This document shows, in pieces, positions 1 to 11,800 of a DNA stretch of 64,000 nt. Made by a program: the position numbers and the translations under genes. The stretch is from the NCBI GenBank assembly GCA_976551045.1, contig CDPCPM010000033.1, positions 13,392,001 through 13,456,000 on the forward strand, read 5' to 3'. Under the pieces are notes generated by a model, which had not been told where the DNA came from, did no database searches, and was given only the letters and a program-made list of their open reading frames with translations. The first letter of the stretch is position 1; each line of letters opens with the position of its first letter. This stretch comes from Glaucostegus cemiculus (Eukaryota).

Positions 1-389
1 CTAATGGCTTAAGCATTGAACTTGTCAAATGCTTTTACATGCAACATGTTTATTTCATATCTATGACTATAATAGATATAAAATCTTAATTCTGATTGTA
101 ATTCCTATCTGAACAAAAATATAATTTTGTTCTAAATTTAGAGTCTGTTCATTTAAATTAGACTGTCCATGTTGCTAGTAAGCATTAAAAAATTGTGGAA
201 TCTGTCCATAGACTTTCAAAAGATCACTTGGGATATTTCCTGAAATGTTTTATAATTTGTGATTTTACTTGCAGTGATGAAAAACTCTGTCATAAGTAGT
301 TCAAATCAATTCCTGTTAGAGTATAGGGCAAAGCTGGCAGGATTAGTGATTCCTGGTTGATGAGGGATATTGAGGCTCTGGTCAGGAAA

Positions 390-680
390 GTGTAGCGGTT
401 AGCATAATGCTTTACAATGCTAGCGACCTGCGTTCAATTCTGACCACGGTCTGTAAGGAATTTGTATGTTCTCCCCGTGTCTGCTTGGGCTTCCCCTGGG
501 TGCTCCGGTTTCCTCCCACATTCCAAAGATGTACAGGTTAGGAAGTTGTGGGCATGCTATGTTGGTGCCAGGAACGTGGTGACACTTGCGGGCTGCCCCC
601 AGAACACTCTACGCAAAAGGTGCATTTCATTGTGTGTTTCGATAGACATGTGACTAATAAAGATATTTTGTCTTATCTTA
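390..680 (+). mobile_element. tRNA-derived SINE with V-SINE-like core and Rex1-like tail
   Basis: A-box-like gtgtagcggttagc and B-box-like gttcaattc. Core gggtgctccggtttcctcccaca. Tail catttcattgtgtg..gtgactaataaaga..(tctta)n. Near-identical to 1105-1354. Confidence 0.85.
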
Positions 681-1104
681 TGTCATATATACACAGCTGG
701 AATCAAGCAAGTATCTTGAGGAGTACAAGGGATGTAGAAATACACATAAGAAGGAAGTAAGGAGGGCAAAAAGGGAACATGAGCTATCCCTGAAAGATAA
801 GGTAAAGAAAACTCCTAGAAGATTCTATAAATGTATTAAAAGCAAAAGAGTAACTAGGGAAGAAGTAGGTCCCTTTAAGGATCAGTGTGGTAATCTACAT
901 GTGGAGCCACAAGAGATGATCGAGATCTTAAAAGAATTCTTCTCGTCTGTGGTTACCACAGAGGAAGATGTGAAAGCTAGTAAGCTCAGGAAAGACAATA
1001 GGGATATCCTGAAGCATATTGACATTACAAAGGTGGAGGTGCTGGTAGTCTTGAAGCATATAAAAGTGGATAAATCCCCAGGGCTTGATAAGGTGTCATA
1101 GAGT

Positions 1105-1354
1105 CACAGCACCATCACCAGCAACCGGAGTTCAATTCCAGCCGCTGTCTGTAAGGAGTTTGTACATTCTCCCTGTGCGATTGCGTGGGTTTCCTCCCAG
1201 ATTCCAAAGACGTACAGGTTAGGAAGTTGTGGGCATGCTACGTTAGCACTGGAAGATTGGCGACACTTGTGGGCTGCCCCCAGAACACTCTATGCCAAAA
1301 GATGCATTTCACTGTGTGGTTCAATGTATATGTGACTAATAAAGATATCTCTTA
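1105..1354 (+). mobile_element. Second copy of the same tRNA-derived SINE (5' partly lost)
   Basis: Aligns by eye with 420-680 (gtacaggttaggaagttgtgggcatgcta..ggctgccccagaacactcta..gtgactaataaagata). Confidence 0.85.
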
Positions 1355-1972
1355 TATAGCATAGAAACAGGCCCTTTGGCCCAACTTGTCCATGCCAGTT
1401 GTGTTGCCCAGTGAACTAATCCCATCTGGTATAAAGCAGGGAAGGAGATTGCTGGGGTCCTGGCAGAGATTTTTGTATCTTTGTTAGCGACAGGTGAGGT
1501 ATTGAAAGACTGGAGGATGGCTAATGTTGTGTCTTTATTTAAGAAGGACGGCACGGACAAGCCAGATAACTACAGGCTGCTGAGCCTAACATCAGTGGTG
1601 GGAAAGTTACTGGAAAGGATTCTGATGGACAAGATTTATTTGTATTTGGAAAGACAAGGACTGATTTGGGATGGTCAGCATGGCTTTGTTTGTGGGAGAT
1701 CATGTCTCACAAATTTGATTGAGCTTTTTGAGGGGTTGACCAAGAGGATTGACAAAGATAGGGTGATGGATGTTGTTTAAGTAGACTATAGCAAGGCCCT
1801 TGACAAGGTCTCACATGTTAAGCTGGACCAAGGGATCCAGAACAAGATAACAAATTGGATACAAAATTGCCTTGGTGAGAGGCAGAAGGTGGGAGTACAG
1901 GATTGCTTTTTGGATTGGAGACCTGTAACCTGTGGTGTGCCACAGGATTTGGTGTTAGGTTGTTTATTGTTC

Positions 1973-1974
<2 letters not shown>

Positions 1975-2003
<29 letters not shown>
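1975..2003. repeat. (TA)n microsatellite
   Basis: About 14 TA units seen directly. Confidence 0.95.
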
Positions 2004-2006
<3 letters not shown>

Positions 2007-4329
2007 AATGATTTGGAAGAAAATGTAGATGGCATGATTAGTAAATTTCAGATGACACCAAAACTGGCTGTATAGTGGACAGTAAAAAAGATTGACTAAG
2101 GTTACAACAGAATCTAGATCAACTAGAAAAGTGGGCTAGGGACTGGCTTACGGAATTTAACTCAGACGAGAGTGAAGTGATGCACTTTGGTAAGTTAAAC
2201 CAAGCCAGGACATACACAGTGAATGGCTAGGCCCCGGGGAGTGTTATAGAACAGCAAAACCTTAGGGTACAAGTACCTACTACCCTGAAAGTGGTGAGAC
2301 TTAGACAGGGTGGTGAAGAAGTATGGTACGTTTACTTTCACCAGCCAAGGCTTGAGTATAGGAGTTGGGATGTCATGTTGAAGTTGTAAAAATTGTTGGT
2401 TAGGCCACACTTGGAGTATTATGTGCAGTTCCAGTCTCCACACTAGATGAAGGATATGGTTAAGCTAGAGAGGGTGCAGAAAAATTCATGTGAATGTTGC
2501 CTGGACTGAAGGGCTTGCGTTGTAAGGAGAGATTGGATAGGCTAGGACTGTTTTCCCTGGAGCGAAGGAGGTTTATAAAATTACGAGGGGCATAGATAGG
2601 GCAGATAGTCGCAGTCTTTTTTCCCAGTGTCAGAGTCTAAAACTAGAGGGCGTAGATCTAAGGTGAGGAGAAAGATTTTGAAGGGATCTGAGGAGCAAGG
2701 TTTTCACCCAGAAGATGGTGGGTTATGGAATGAGCTGCCAGAGGAGGTGGTAGAGGCAGGTACAATTTCAACAGTTAAAAGACATTTGGGCCGGTTACCT
2801 AGATAAGAAAGGTGTAGAGGGATATATCTGAATACAGGCAAATGGGATTAGCATATACAAGCATCTTGATCGGCATGGACGAATTGTGCTGAAGTACCTA
2901 TTTCTGTGCTGTTGTATAACTCTATGAATCTACAAATCTATGGATCTCAGTTAGAATATTCATAGAATTACTTTCCAGATAACATGTTTTAACTGAAGAT
3001 TCCGTTTTCCCACAGGTCTGCATTTTGACAGTATTTTTCTTGGGAGCAGTGATCTGTACACTAAGTTTGCAGTAATCGACATACCCAATTTGCCCTGATG
3101 CATTAGAAGCCTTCAGGAAGTTGTGTTGTGGAATATCTTTCTTTAGCTTCTATCACTCTCAACCCAGCAGCTCAACTACCCATGTTATACATTGTTTGAT
3201 TTTCACTACATTTCACTGTATGTTTCGATGTATATGTGACTGATAAAGATCTTGTCTCATCTTATCTTAGTTTCCTTTTCACTGGAGATGTAGGTTTAAT
3301 ATTTGCTTATTTGCACTTTCACCTAACTCAGTCAGGATGAGGACACAGCTGAGGCTCAAAAACTGTGCAGGATGCAACTGTGTGGAAGGGTGGCAGTTCT
3401 GAAGATTGATTAAGCCTTTGTGGGAAGGGTTCTAAGGTCAGTGCTTCATTTAGAATCATAGGAAAAGCTGTTTTCATTAGTAGCCTAAAGGGCACAAAAG
3501 CACTGAACTTCAAGGGTTTAGATGGAACAATTCAACTAGCTTTCATAAAGATTATTAGCTCAACCGAGCCTATCCTCAGAAATTGTGGAATGCAGAATTT
3601 GCTGATTCTCATGAAAGTCACATTGTGCCTGAATCAATATATCAGTACAGGAGGGAGTTTCTGGTCTTAGCACATTAGGCAATTGACACACAAACAATAT
3701 GTTTGAGATGAGTGCCCATTTCAAACTTCAAGAGGGTACATCAGTCTGATCAAAGCAAAAATTCTTCATCGTGAGGTAGCACAACAAAAGTAGGAAAGGT
3801 TTGGACTCTGTGCAAAAGGTTTTACACACAAAGTGCTGACATGTTGATAAGAAGTTGTCACTTTGGTAGTTAACAATAAGGAGTTGAATTGTGCTATGTA
3901 TTTGGTGTATTTGTGCATTAATTTTACAAAGGCTTGAACAAGCATGGAGATCATGAATGCAATACTTGATAATTACATTGTAATTTCTTCATATCTTTCA
4001 TTAATGATAATTTCTTTGGTTCATATTTTAATTAGCTAAAGTTTCACAATTCAGTTTAGAGGTCAGATCGAAACTAAAATCTAATCTGGGAGTTGCTTTC
4101 TTGAACTGCTGCACTTCTTCTGGTGAAGGTACTCCCCCTGTGCTGTTGGGTAAGGAGTTCCAGTGACAATGAAGGACTACCAATATCTTTTCAAATTAGG
4201 TTGGTGTGTGACTTGGAGGGTGGTGGTATTCACATGAACCTTATTTTACACTTGTAAGTGATAACACAGAAGTGGATGATTTGATCCATGGGATCCACGC
4301 TGTCATTTTTGTTTCATTACACTGGTCCC

Positions 4330-4620
4330 TTTCCCTGTCTCCAAATTTCCCTGTACCTTTGCAACTTATTATCTCCCACACATGCCCATCAACTCCTCTT
4401 TGATTATTTTTGACATTAACTTATACTAAGGGGTAATTTACAGTAACTAATTAACCAGTGAGTACACTTTTGTAATGTGGGATGAAACTGGAGCATCCCA
4501 GAGAAACCCATGCAATCACAGGGAGAGCAGGAAAACTCTGCATGATCAGCAGTGAAGGTGAAGATTGCACATGGGTCCCTGGAGCGATGAGACTGCAGCA
4601 TTACCTGTGGCACCACTGCA
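4330..4620 (-). mobile_element. Diverged HE1/V-SINE-like tRNA SINE
   Basis: Reverse complement of the V-core (tgtgggatgaaactggagcatcccagagaaaccca). Homologous to the SINE split by the Gypsy at 43.5/47.9 kb and to 41610-41925. Confidence 0.75.
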
Positions 4621-5008
4621 TTGTTCATCATCTTCTCCTTGGTGATAGAGATCATGAGTTGGTGAGGTGTTGGCAGAGTAGGCTAGGCAAGAGACTACAG
4701 TGTGTTTTGCAGAAGGTGCAATGTGTAGCTGTGTTGAGTGAATGAATGCTCTGGTTGGAGAATGGCTTTTGAGCTGGTGGCTGTGAGATTGCTGAGCTGT
4801 GTCCAATGCATGCTGTTTTTACTATTAGTGTGCTAGCAATCCTGTAATGCAGCTTCACTAGGATGGCACCTCATATGGCACCACACGTCTGATATGCTCC
4901 TGGCATCCCTTTTGCACTCCTCAATGAATCAGGATTGATCTCTGACTTGACACATGGTAGAGTGAGGGATATATTGTTACCTCGACAACTGTTGTCTCCA
5001 CTACCATT

Positions 5009-5144
5009 TCCACCTCCTCTGTGTGAATCTGAAGTGTATTTGTTTCTTCCCTTTTCCAGTTCTGATGAAAGGTAATTGATCCAAAAAACTGACTCTTTCT
5101 GTCTCCACAGATGTTGCCTGACCTACTGAAGGTTTCTAGCATTT
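5009..5144 (+). mobile_element. Penelope-type mini-element with degenerate hammerhead ribozyme core; 9-bp TSD
   Basis: agtt-CTGATGA-aagg..tcc-(a)aaaac followed by tctccacagatgttgcctgacctactga. Flanked by actaccatt at 5000-5008 and 5145-5153. Confidence 0.65.
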
Positions 5145-6068
5145 ACTACCATTGTTATATATAGTTGGGTCCAGTCAAGCTCCTTTTGAGTGGCCAACTC
5201 CAGTTCTAATCACAGTAACCTTTAGAGTACAGAGGAGTTTTAATTCTTCTAGAAACAAGGAACGACACATTTATAAATTCACAAATCTTTAGTGGGCATC
5301 ATATAAATAAATGTCTGGCCAGAGGCATTTTATCTGAATGCTGGTGAGATGTTCAAAGAGCCTGTGCACATCCATCTGCTTACCAGCTCCCTTTGCTTTA
5401 AAAACGTAAAATGAACCTAATGTTAACAGTGGTGAGTTTTTATTTAGCTGCATATATATTACAATTTTTAATTTTTCCTTTCTAAATGGGATTAACTTTA
5501 TTGCACCTTTAGTTGTGTTACTTAGATTGGCTGTGCTAGGTACTGTAAAATTCTGTGATGTACATGCAGGTATGATATGTTATTTTCAAAGAAATTTTCA
5601 AATTTGGGAGACTGTATTTCAATATTCTCCAAGGTATTTTTTTTACATAATAAATTCATGGAAATCAATGACGTTACACCCAACTTACTTTTTGTTTTGC
5701 TACACTGAGGCTGGATCTTTCCACTGAACTGAATGGAAATTTGTAATTAACAGCCAAGGGCTCATTTCCTGAAATCCTCTGAGTTTAAATGTTTATGTTT
5801 AGAACAACTTGCGTTTCCTGTTGAGGGTTTGGATCACATTCTCTAAAGCATTCAGCAATCATTTTGTTTTGATTCTGAAAATATTTTGTTTTTTTTCCAT
5901 TGAATTGAACTTTTAAGTCTAATTGCGTTAAGTAAATTATCATATTTATCTTCCTCTCATCAACAGTAAACTGTAAATCCTTGTGCACAACCATGATACT
6001 GAAAATAAACTAAGACTTTTTTTCCATACAGAACTAGACATTAGACTGAATTATTTAGTAGAATAATA

Positions 6069-6315
6069 GGGGCAGCACAATAGCATAGTGGTTAGTGTGA
6101 CGCTGCTACAGCGCCAGTGATCGGGGTTCGATTCCCGTCACTGACTGTAAGGAGTTTGTACGTTCTCCTGTGTCTGTGTGGGTTTCCTCCGGGTGCTCCG
6201 GTTTCCTCCCACATTCTAAAGACGTACAGGCAGGGGGTTTACAATGGGCAGTGCGGACTTGTTGGGCCAAAAGGGCCTGTTACCACGCTGTAAATAAAAT
6301 TTAAAATTTAAATTT
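6069..6315 (+). mobile_element. tRNA-derived V-core SINE with a CR1-like tail
   Basis: ggggcagcac..tagtggttag A box and ggttcgattcc B box. V-core gggtttcctccgggtgctccggtttcctcccaca. Tail ttgggccaaaagggcctgtt. Confidence 0.85.
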
Positions 6316-6755
6316 AGAATAAATACATCCAATGGAAACGAGATTGTACTGAATAGAAGTATACACATTTTTCAAATCGTGAATGAAAAATAAAATGTTT
6401 TCAATATTAATGCTAGTTGAACTCTATCTGGTATTAATGACATCGGTGCCATAGTTGCATACAAAGTTAGTATGTTTGGATGAAACTGTTTTGATCATAA
6501 TTTTAATACAAATCAGGTGTTCTGTCCTTTCTTTGAGGTGCACCCACTGCCTGATACCCAACCCTGGCTTACCCCATGACCCTGAATCATTAGCATTTTG
6601 GATATTGTCTCTTTGACTTCTGCTGGGGCATTGTGCCAGAAACAAGAGTTATGCCAAATCCTGCTGCAGCAGTGTTGTGAAACAAGTTCAAGGTCTCGAA
6701 GGACAAGGACTCTGAAGACAGTCTTAGAGTTAAATGATTTATTTGCAAAGGCATA

Positions 6756-7245
6756 TGTGGGGAAAAGGTAATGGGGCGACACCACACACACACAACAAAC
6801 TGGGTACAAACAATGAAGGAAAAGCAAAGTGTTACCTGCCACCCCTTGACTCAGTGCAGGCACAGCTCCACACCACCAGGAATACTAAATTAAAACGTGT
6901 CTAACCCTGTTGAAATGCACAGCTTACCAGCAGTCTCTCCAGTGTCATTTTACAATTCCTCGGGGCAAACAAAGAGACTGGACCCAGCACACATGGCACT
7001 CTTTATAGTGCTGGAAGGCTGGGAGGTCCAGCCCAGGTAGTTCGAAAGGGCCAATGGCCAGGTCCCAGCAAAGACTAATTGATCACTGGAGGCCAATGGC
7101 CCGAGGCCAGGTACAAAGGTGCTTAAAAGGGCCAACAGTCAGGTGTACACTGATGGGTAGGGTGGAGCCAGGCCTTGATTGACAGTGGTGTGTCTTTCCA
7201 CCAGGTACTGGGCAGTACTGTCACCTGACAGCCCGGCCCTCCACA
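6756..7245 (-). mobile_element. Candidate solo LTR (490 bp)
   Basis: Starts TGTGG and ends CCACA (TG..CA terminal inverted repeats). GC-richer than flanks. Repeated gccaatggcc boxes and a minus-strand TATAAA near 7003-7008. Only 'ata' is duplicated at the flanks. Confidence 0.5.
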
Positions 7246-7329
7246 ATACAAGCATCAAGGACAGAATTCTGTTTTGAAGAAAGTGAAGCATTCACTTCAA
7301 CTAATGCCACCACTAAAATCAAAGACTGC

Positions 7330-7945
7330 TTGTAAAGCAAACAATGGAAACAAGGGGTGCAGATATTGGGATGTGATGTGCATTCTGTTGCTGAATCAAA
7401 GGATGGGTAAAGAGATCAAGCAAGAAGAGCAAGTGGAACATATAATCTAATGAAATTCTGACCAAGGCCATTTAGATCAGCTGAAAAGTTGCTGTAGTGG
7501 TGAGAAAATCTGGCTTCATTAAAATGATTGACTATAATTAATATTGCACTATTTCTAGATATGGCTATTAAGATTGTATTATTGTAAGAGAGGACTTTAT
7601 TGAAACATACAAGATCTTGACTGGTCTTGACAAGGTGAATGTTTCCTTTTCTGGGAGAATCCAGTGGGAGAAAAATATTGAGTTGCTCATTGAAGACAGA
7701 GATGAGGTAACTTTTTTTCTTTGTGAATTGTGAATCTTTAGAACTGTCTCCTTCAAAGAATGGTGGAGGCGTGACAAATACTTGTATGGTAGGGGTAGGT
7801 AGACTCTTAGTAAACAAGGGGATGAAAGGTTATGTGGGCGGATGGAATGTGAAGTTGAGAATACAATAACATCAGCTAAGAACTTATTAAATGGTGGAGC
7901 AGGCTTGAGTGGCTGAGTGGTCTACTCCTGCTATTAATTCATTTC
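7330..7945 (+). mobile_element. Old CR1 LINE 3' fragment
   Basis: Degraded RT C-terminus (ttattgaaacatacaagatcttga..) and CR1 3'UTR tggtggagcaggcttgagtggctgagtggtctactcctgct. Confidence 0.7.
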
Positions 7946-8827
7946 TACCTACATTGGTACATATTGCGGTTCATCAGTTTTGGTAAGAGAGGCGTCTTAC
8001 TCAATGAAGGACAGGTTGGAAGGTAAAGGTGTTGACCTGTTACACCATAGGCTTGTGTTGCAGTTGGTTCCAATGTGAGTGATTTGTCCACATGAGTGGT
8101 ACATCACCCACAATAGTGGTTTTCTTAGATTATTTTACCCTGCATGGGGCATTCCATGTAGGAGGATGTGGGATGATCATAAATGAACTTCTCAAATAGG
8201 CGATAGATCTTTACAGTATGATAATGCACTATGCAGGAAAAATTAGTGGTTTCAAATATCTTGGTTGCTATATCTTTCATAAGTTCAGAGTTCTGGGAAG
8301 ATTTTAAACAATGTGATATCCATTTAAAACACGATCCTTTTACAACTGCAAGTACTGGGGCATCATGGATTTTGATTGCACAGATAATCCTACATCATTT
8401 ACAGGTTTTATCAATGTTGTGTTATGTTATAGTGGTATCATCAATCATCTCACCAGTATATATAAAACAAAACTAGCAATATTGCTGTTGCATCTGTAAG
8501 CAGCTTTAGAGTTCAGTGAATTAACCTGAAAAACTTGAATGTAATATTTATCCTTGTTGAAATTCTTTATTTTTTAAGACTCCGTGCTGACCACCATTAT
8601 TCACCTGTTCTGTTTCACTCAGCAACTAAAGCAAGGGTGTAGACTGACCCTCCTCCAGTTTTTCCAACTGCTTCCATTGAAGAACATCTTCACAACTTTG
8701 TCAAGATCAGCTACATTCCTCAATAGTAAAATGAAGCCTGAATAAATATTAGAGATAACTTGGAGAAATACAGGTTATGGTGTAGCTACCTGATTTGCAG
8801 CCTATGTTACCGAACATAGGCTGTTAC

Positions 8828-11800
8828 CGAACATAGAACATTACAGCATAGTACAGGCCCTTTGGCCCACAATGTAGGCTTGTGAGGCATGATCTGCCCC
8901 TCACAAAACCATGTTGACAGTCCCTAATCAGCCTATGCTTCTCCAAATGCCCATAAATCCTGTCTTTAAGGATCTTCTCCGGTAATTTGCCCGCCACTGA
9001 AGTAAGACTCACTGTCTGTAATTCCCAAGGTCATCCCTACTCCCTTCCTTGAATAAAGGAACATTTGCCACCCTCCAATCATCTGGTACTACTCCTGCGG
9101 CCAGTGAGGACGCAAAGATCATTGCCAAAGGCATAGCAATCTCTTCCCTCACTTCCCGTAATATCATTGGATATATCCCATCTGGCCCCGGTGACTTATC
9201 TATCCTAATGTTTTCCCAGAGTTCCAGCACATCCTCTTTCCTCACGTCAACACGACCTAGCATATCAGCCTGTTGTACGCCATCCTCATAAACATCAAGA
9301 TCTCCATCAATGGTGAATACTAAAGCAATCATTAAGGATCTCCCCTACCTCATCTGACTTCAGGCATATGTTTCCTCTTTTATCCCTGATTGGTCCTACC
9401 CTCACTCTAGTCATCCTCCTATTCTTCACACATGTCTAGAACTCCATGGGGTTTTCCTTAATCCTACTCACCAAGGCCTTCTCATGCGCCCTTCTAGCTC
9501 TCCTAAGTCCATTCTTAATCTCCCTCCTGGCTACCTTGTAACTCTCCAGAGCCCTGTCTGATCAATGCTTTCTAAACCTTAGGTAAGCTTCGTTCTTTCT
9601 CTTGACAAGATATTCTATGTCTCTTGTCAACCATCCTTACTCTGCCTCAGTGGGACAAACCTACCCAGAACCTCATGCAATTACTCCCAAAACAATATCC
9701 ACATTTCCATTGTGCACTTCCCCAAGAACATCTGTTCCCAGTTTACACTCACAAGTTTCTGCTTAATAACATCATAATTCCCCCTCTCCCAATTAAATAC
9801 TTACCCATATCTTCTGCTCCCATTCCTCTCCAAGGCTATGGTAAGGGTCAAGGAGTTATGGTCACTGTCTCCAAAATGCTCTCCCACCAAGATCTGAAGC
9901 CTGATCAGGTTCATTGTCTAGTACCAGATCCAGTATGGCTTTTCCTCTAGTCGGCCTGTCCACATACTGTGTCAGGAATGCTTCCCGGACACTCCTAACA
10001 AACTCTGCCCCATCTATCCCCTTTACAGTAAGGAGGTTCCAGTCAATATTAGGGAAGTTGAAATCACCCATGATAACAACCCTGTTATTTTTGCACCTTT
10101 CCAAAATCTGCTTCCTGATCTGTTCCTCAGCATCTCTGCTACTGCTGGGGGGGTGGGGGGGGAAGGTCTGCAGAATACTCCCAATAGAGTGATCGCTCCC
10201 TTCCTGTTTCTGACTTCCACCTACAATGACTCAGTAGACGATCCCTCCAGAACGTCCTCCCTTTCTAGAGCTGTGATACTGTCCCTGATCAGCAAAGCCA
10301 CTCCCTCATCTCTTTTACCTCTGTCCCTGTCCCTTTTGAAATGTCTAAATCCTGGAATATCCAGCATCCATTCCTGCCCTTGCGACAGCCAAGTCTCTGT
10401 AATGGCCACGTCATAGTTCCACGTAGTTACCCGTGCTCTAAGTTCATCACCCTTGTTCCTGATACTTCTTGCATTAAGGTAGACACACTTCAGCCCATCT
10501 AACTGACTGCAATTTTGCCCTTTCAACTGCCTGTCCTTCCTCACAATCTTTCTACACTCTACATCTACCTGTACACTAAATGCACCAACCTCTAACCTAT
10601 CACTCTGGTTCCCATCCCCCTGCCAAACTGCTTTAAACCCTCCCCAACAGTTCTAGCAAACCTTCCCGTGAGGATATTGGTCCCCCTCCATTTCAGGTGT
10701 AATCAGAATCAGAATCATTTTTATTGTCACAACCATATACACACACACAGAATGCATAGGAGCGAGATACCATCCTCCACAGGTGCACGTCACATTAAAT
10801 AACAAGCAAGAGCCACACTAACACACACTAAAAAAACATTAAAACCACTAAAATTAAATTAAATTCAGCAGTTTAAATAAATAGTTTTAAAGTGAACGAA
10901 CTGGTGGTGGGCAGTTAAAGTGCTGGTGCGTTTCTGAGCGCCTAGCACCCTTTAGTGTTAACAGGATAGGTGGAGGAATGAGAGAGTTCACAGTTCTGAA
11001 GGCTTGTGGGAAGAAGCTATTGCACAGCCTCGTCGTTCTTGCCCTGATGCATTTGAGCCTCTTTCCAGACGGCAAGAGTGTGAAGAGATGATGGGATGGG
11101 TGAGAAGGATCCGACATTATATTTTTGGCCTTCCTAACACAATGGTCCTTGTATATGTCTGCGATGGAGGGGAGAGAGACACTTATAATCTTCTCTGCTG
11201 CCCTTACTATCCTCTGGAGGGACTTCCATCCAGCAGCTGAGCAGCTCCCAAACCAGACAGTGATACATTGAGTTAGGATGCTCTCGATGGTCCCTCTATA
11301 AAAAGTTTTCATTATCGAGGGATGGGAGTTCACTTTCCTCAGTCTCCGCAAGAAGTAGAGGCATTTCTGGGCTTTCTTAGTGAGGGCCGTGGTGTTAGTG
11401 GACCAGGTCATGTCATCAGTGATGTGCACCCCCAGGAACTTGGTGCTGCCTACTTGTTCTACAGCAGATCCGTTGATGGTCAGCGGGGCGTGCACACAGC
11501 GACCCCTCCTGAAATCCACTATCATCTCCTTGTTTTTTTCCACATTCAAGGAGAGGTTGTTGTCCCTGCACCACATGGCTAGTTGCTCCACCTCCTCTCT
11601 GTAGTCCGACTCATCATTGTCCGTGACAAGACCCACCACTGTCGTGTCATCAGCAAACTTAACAATGTGGTTAGAGCTGGATCTGGCCACGCAGTCGTGA
11701 GTCAACAAGGTGAACAGGAGCGGGTTAAGCACACAACCCTGCGGGGAGCCAGTGCTCAGTGTAACCCGTCCCTTTTACACAAGTCATACCTTCTCCACAA

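Larger units (their letters stand above)
311..2930 (+). mobile_element. Degenerate 5'-truncated CR1-clade LINE (ORF2 linker + RT + 3' tail), interrupted by two SINEs, a small inverted CR1 tail and a (TA)n
   Basis: ORF fragments DKSPGLD, DWRMANVVSLFKK..NYRLLSLTSVVGK, QHGFVCGRSCLTNL. CR1-type 3' end '..cctatttctgtgctgttgtataactctatg'. Many frameshifts. Confidence 0.9.

Noticed and set aside
6069-6140. tRNA gene
   Set aside because: The A/B boxes belong to a SINE head followed by a V-core; no full cloverleaf.
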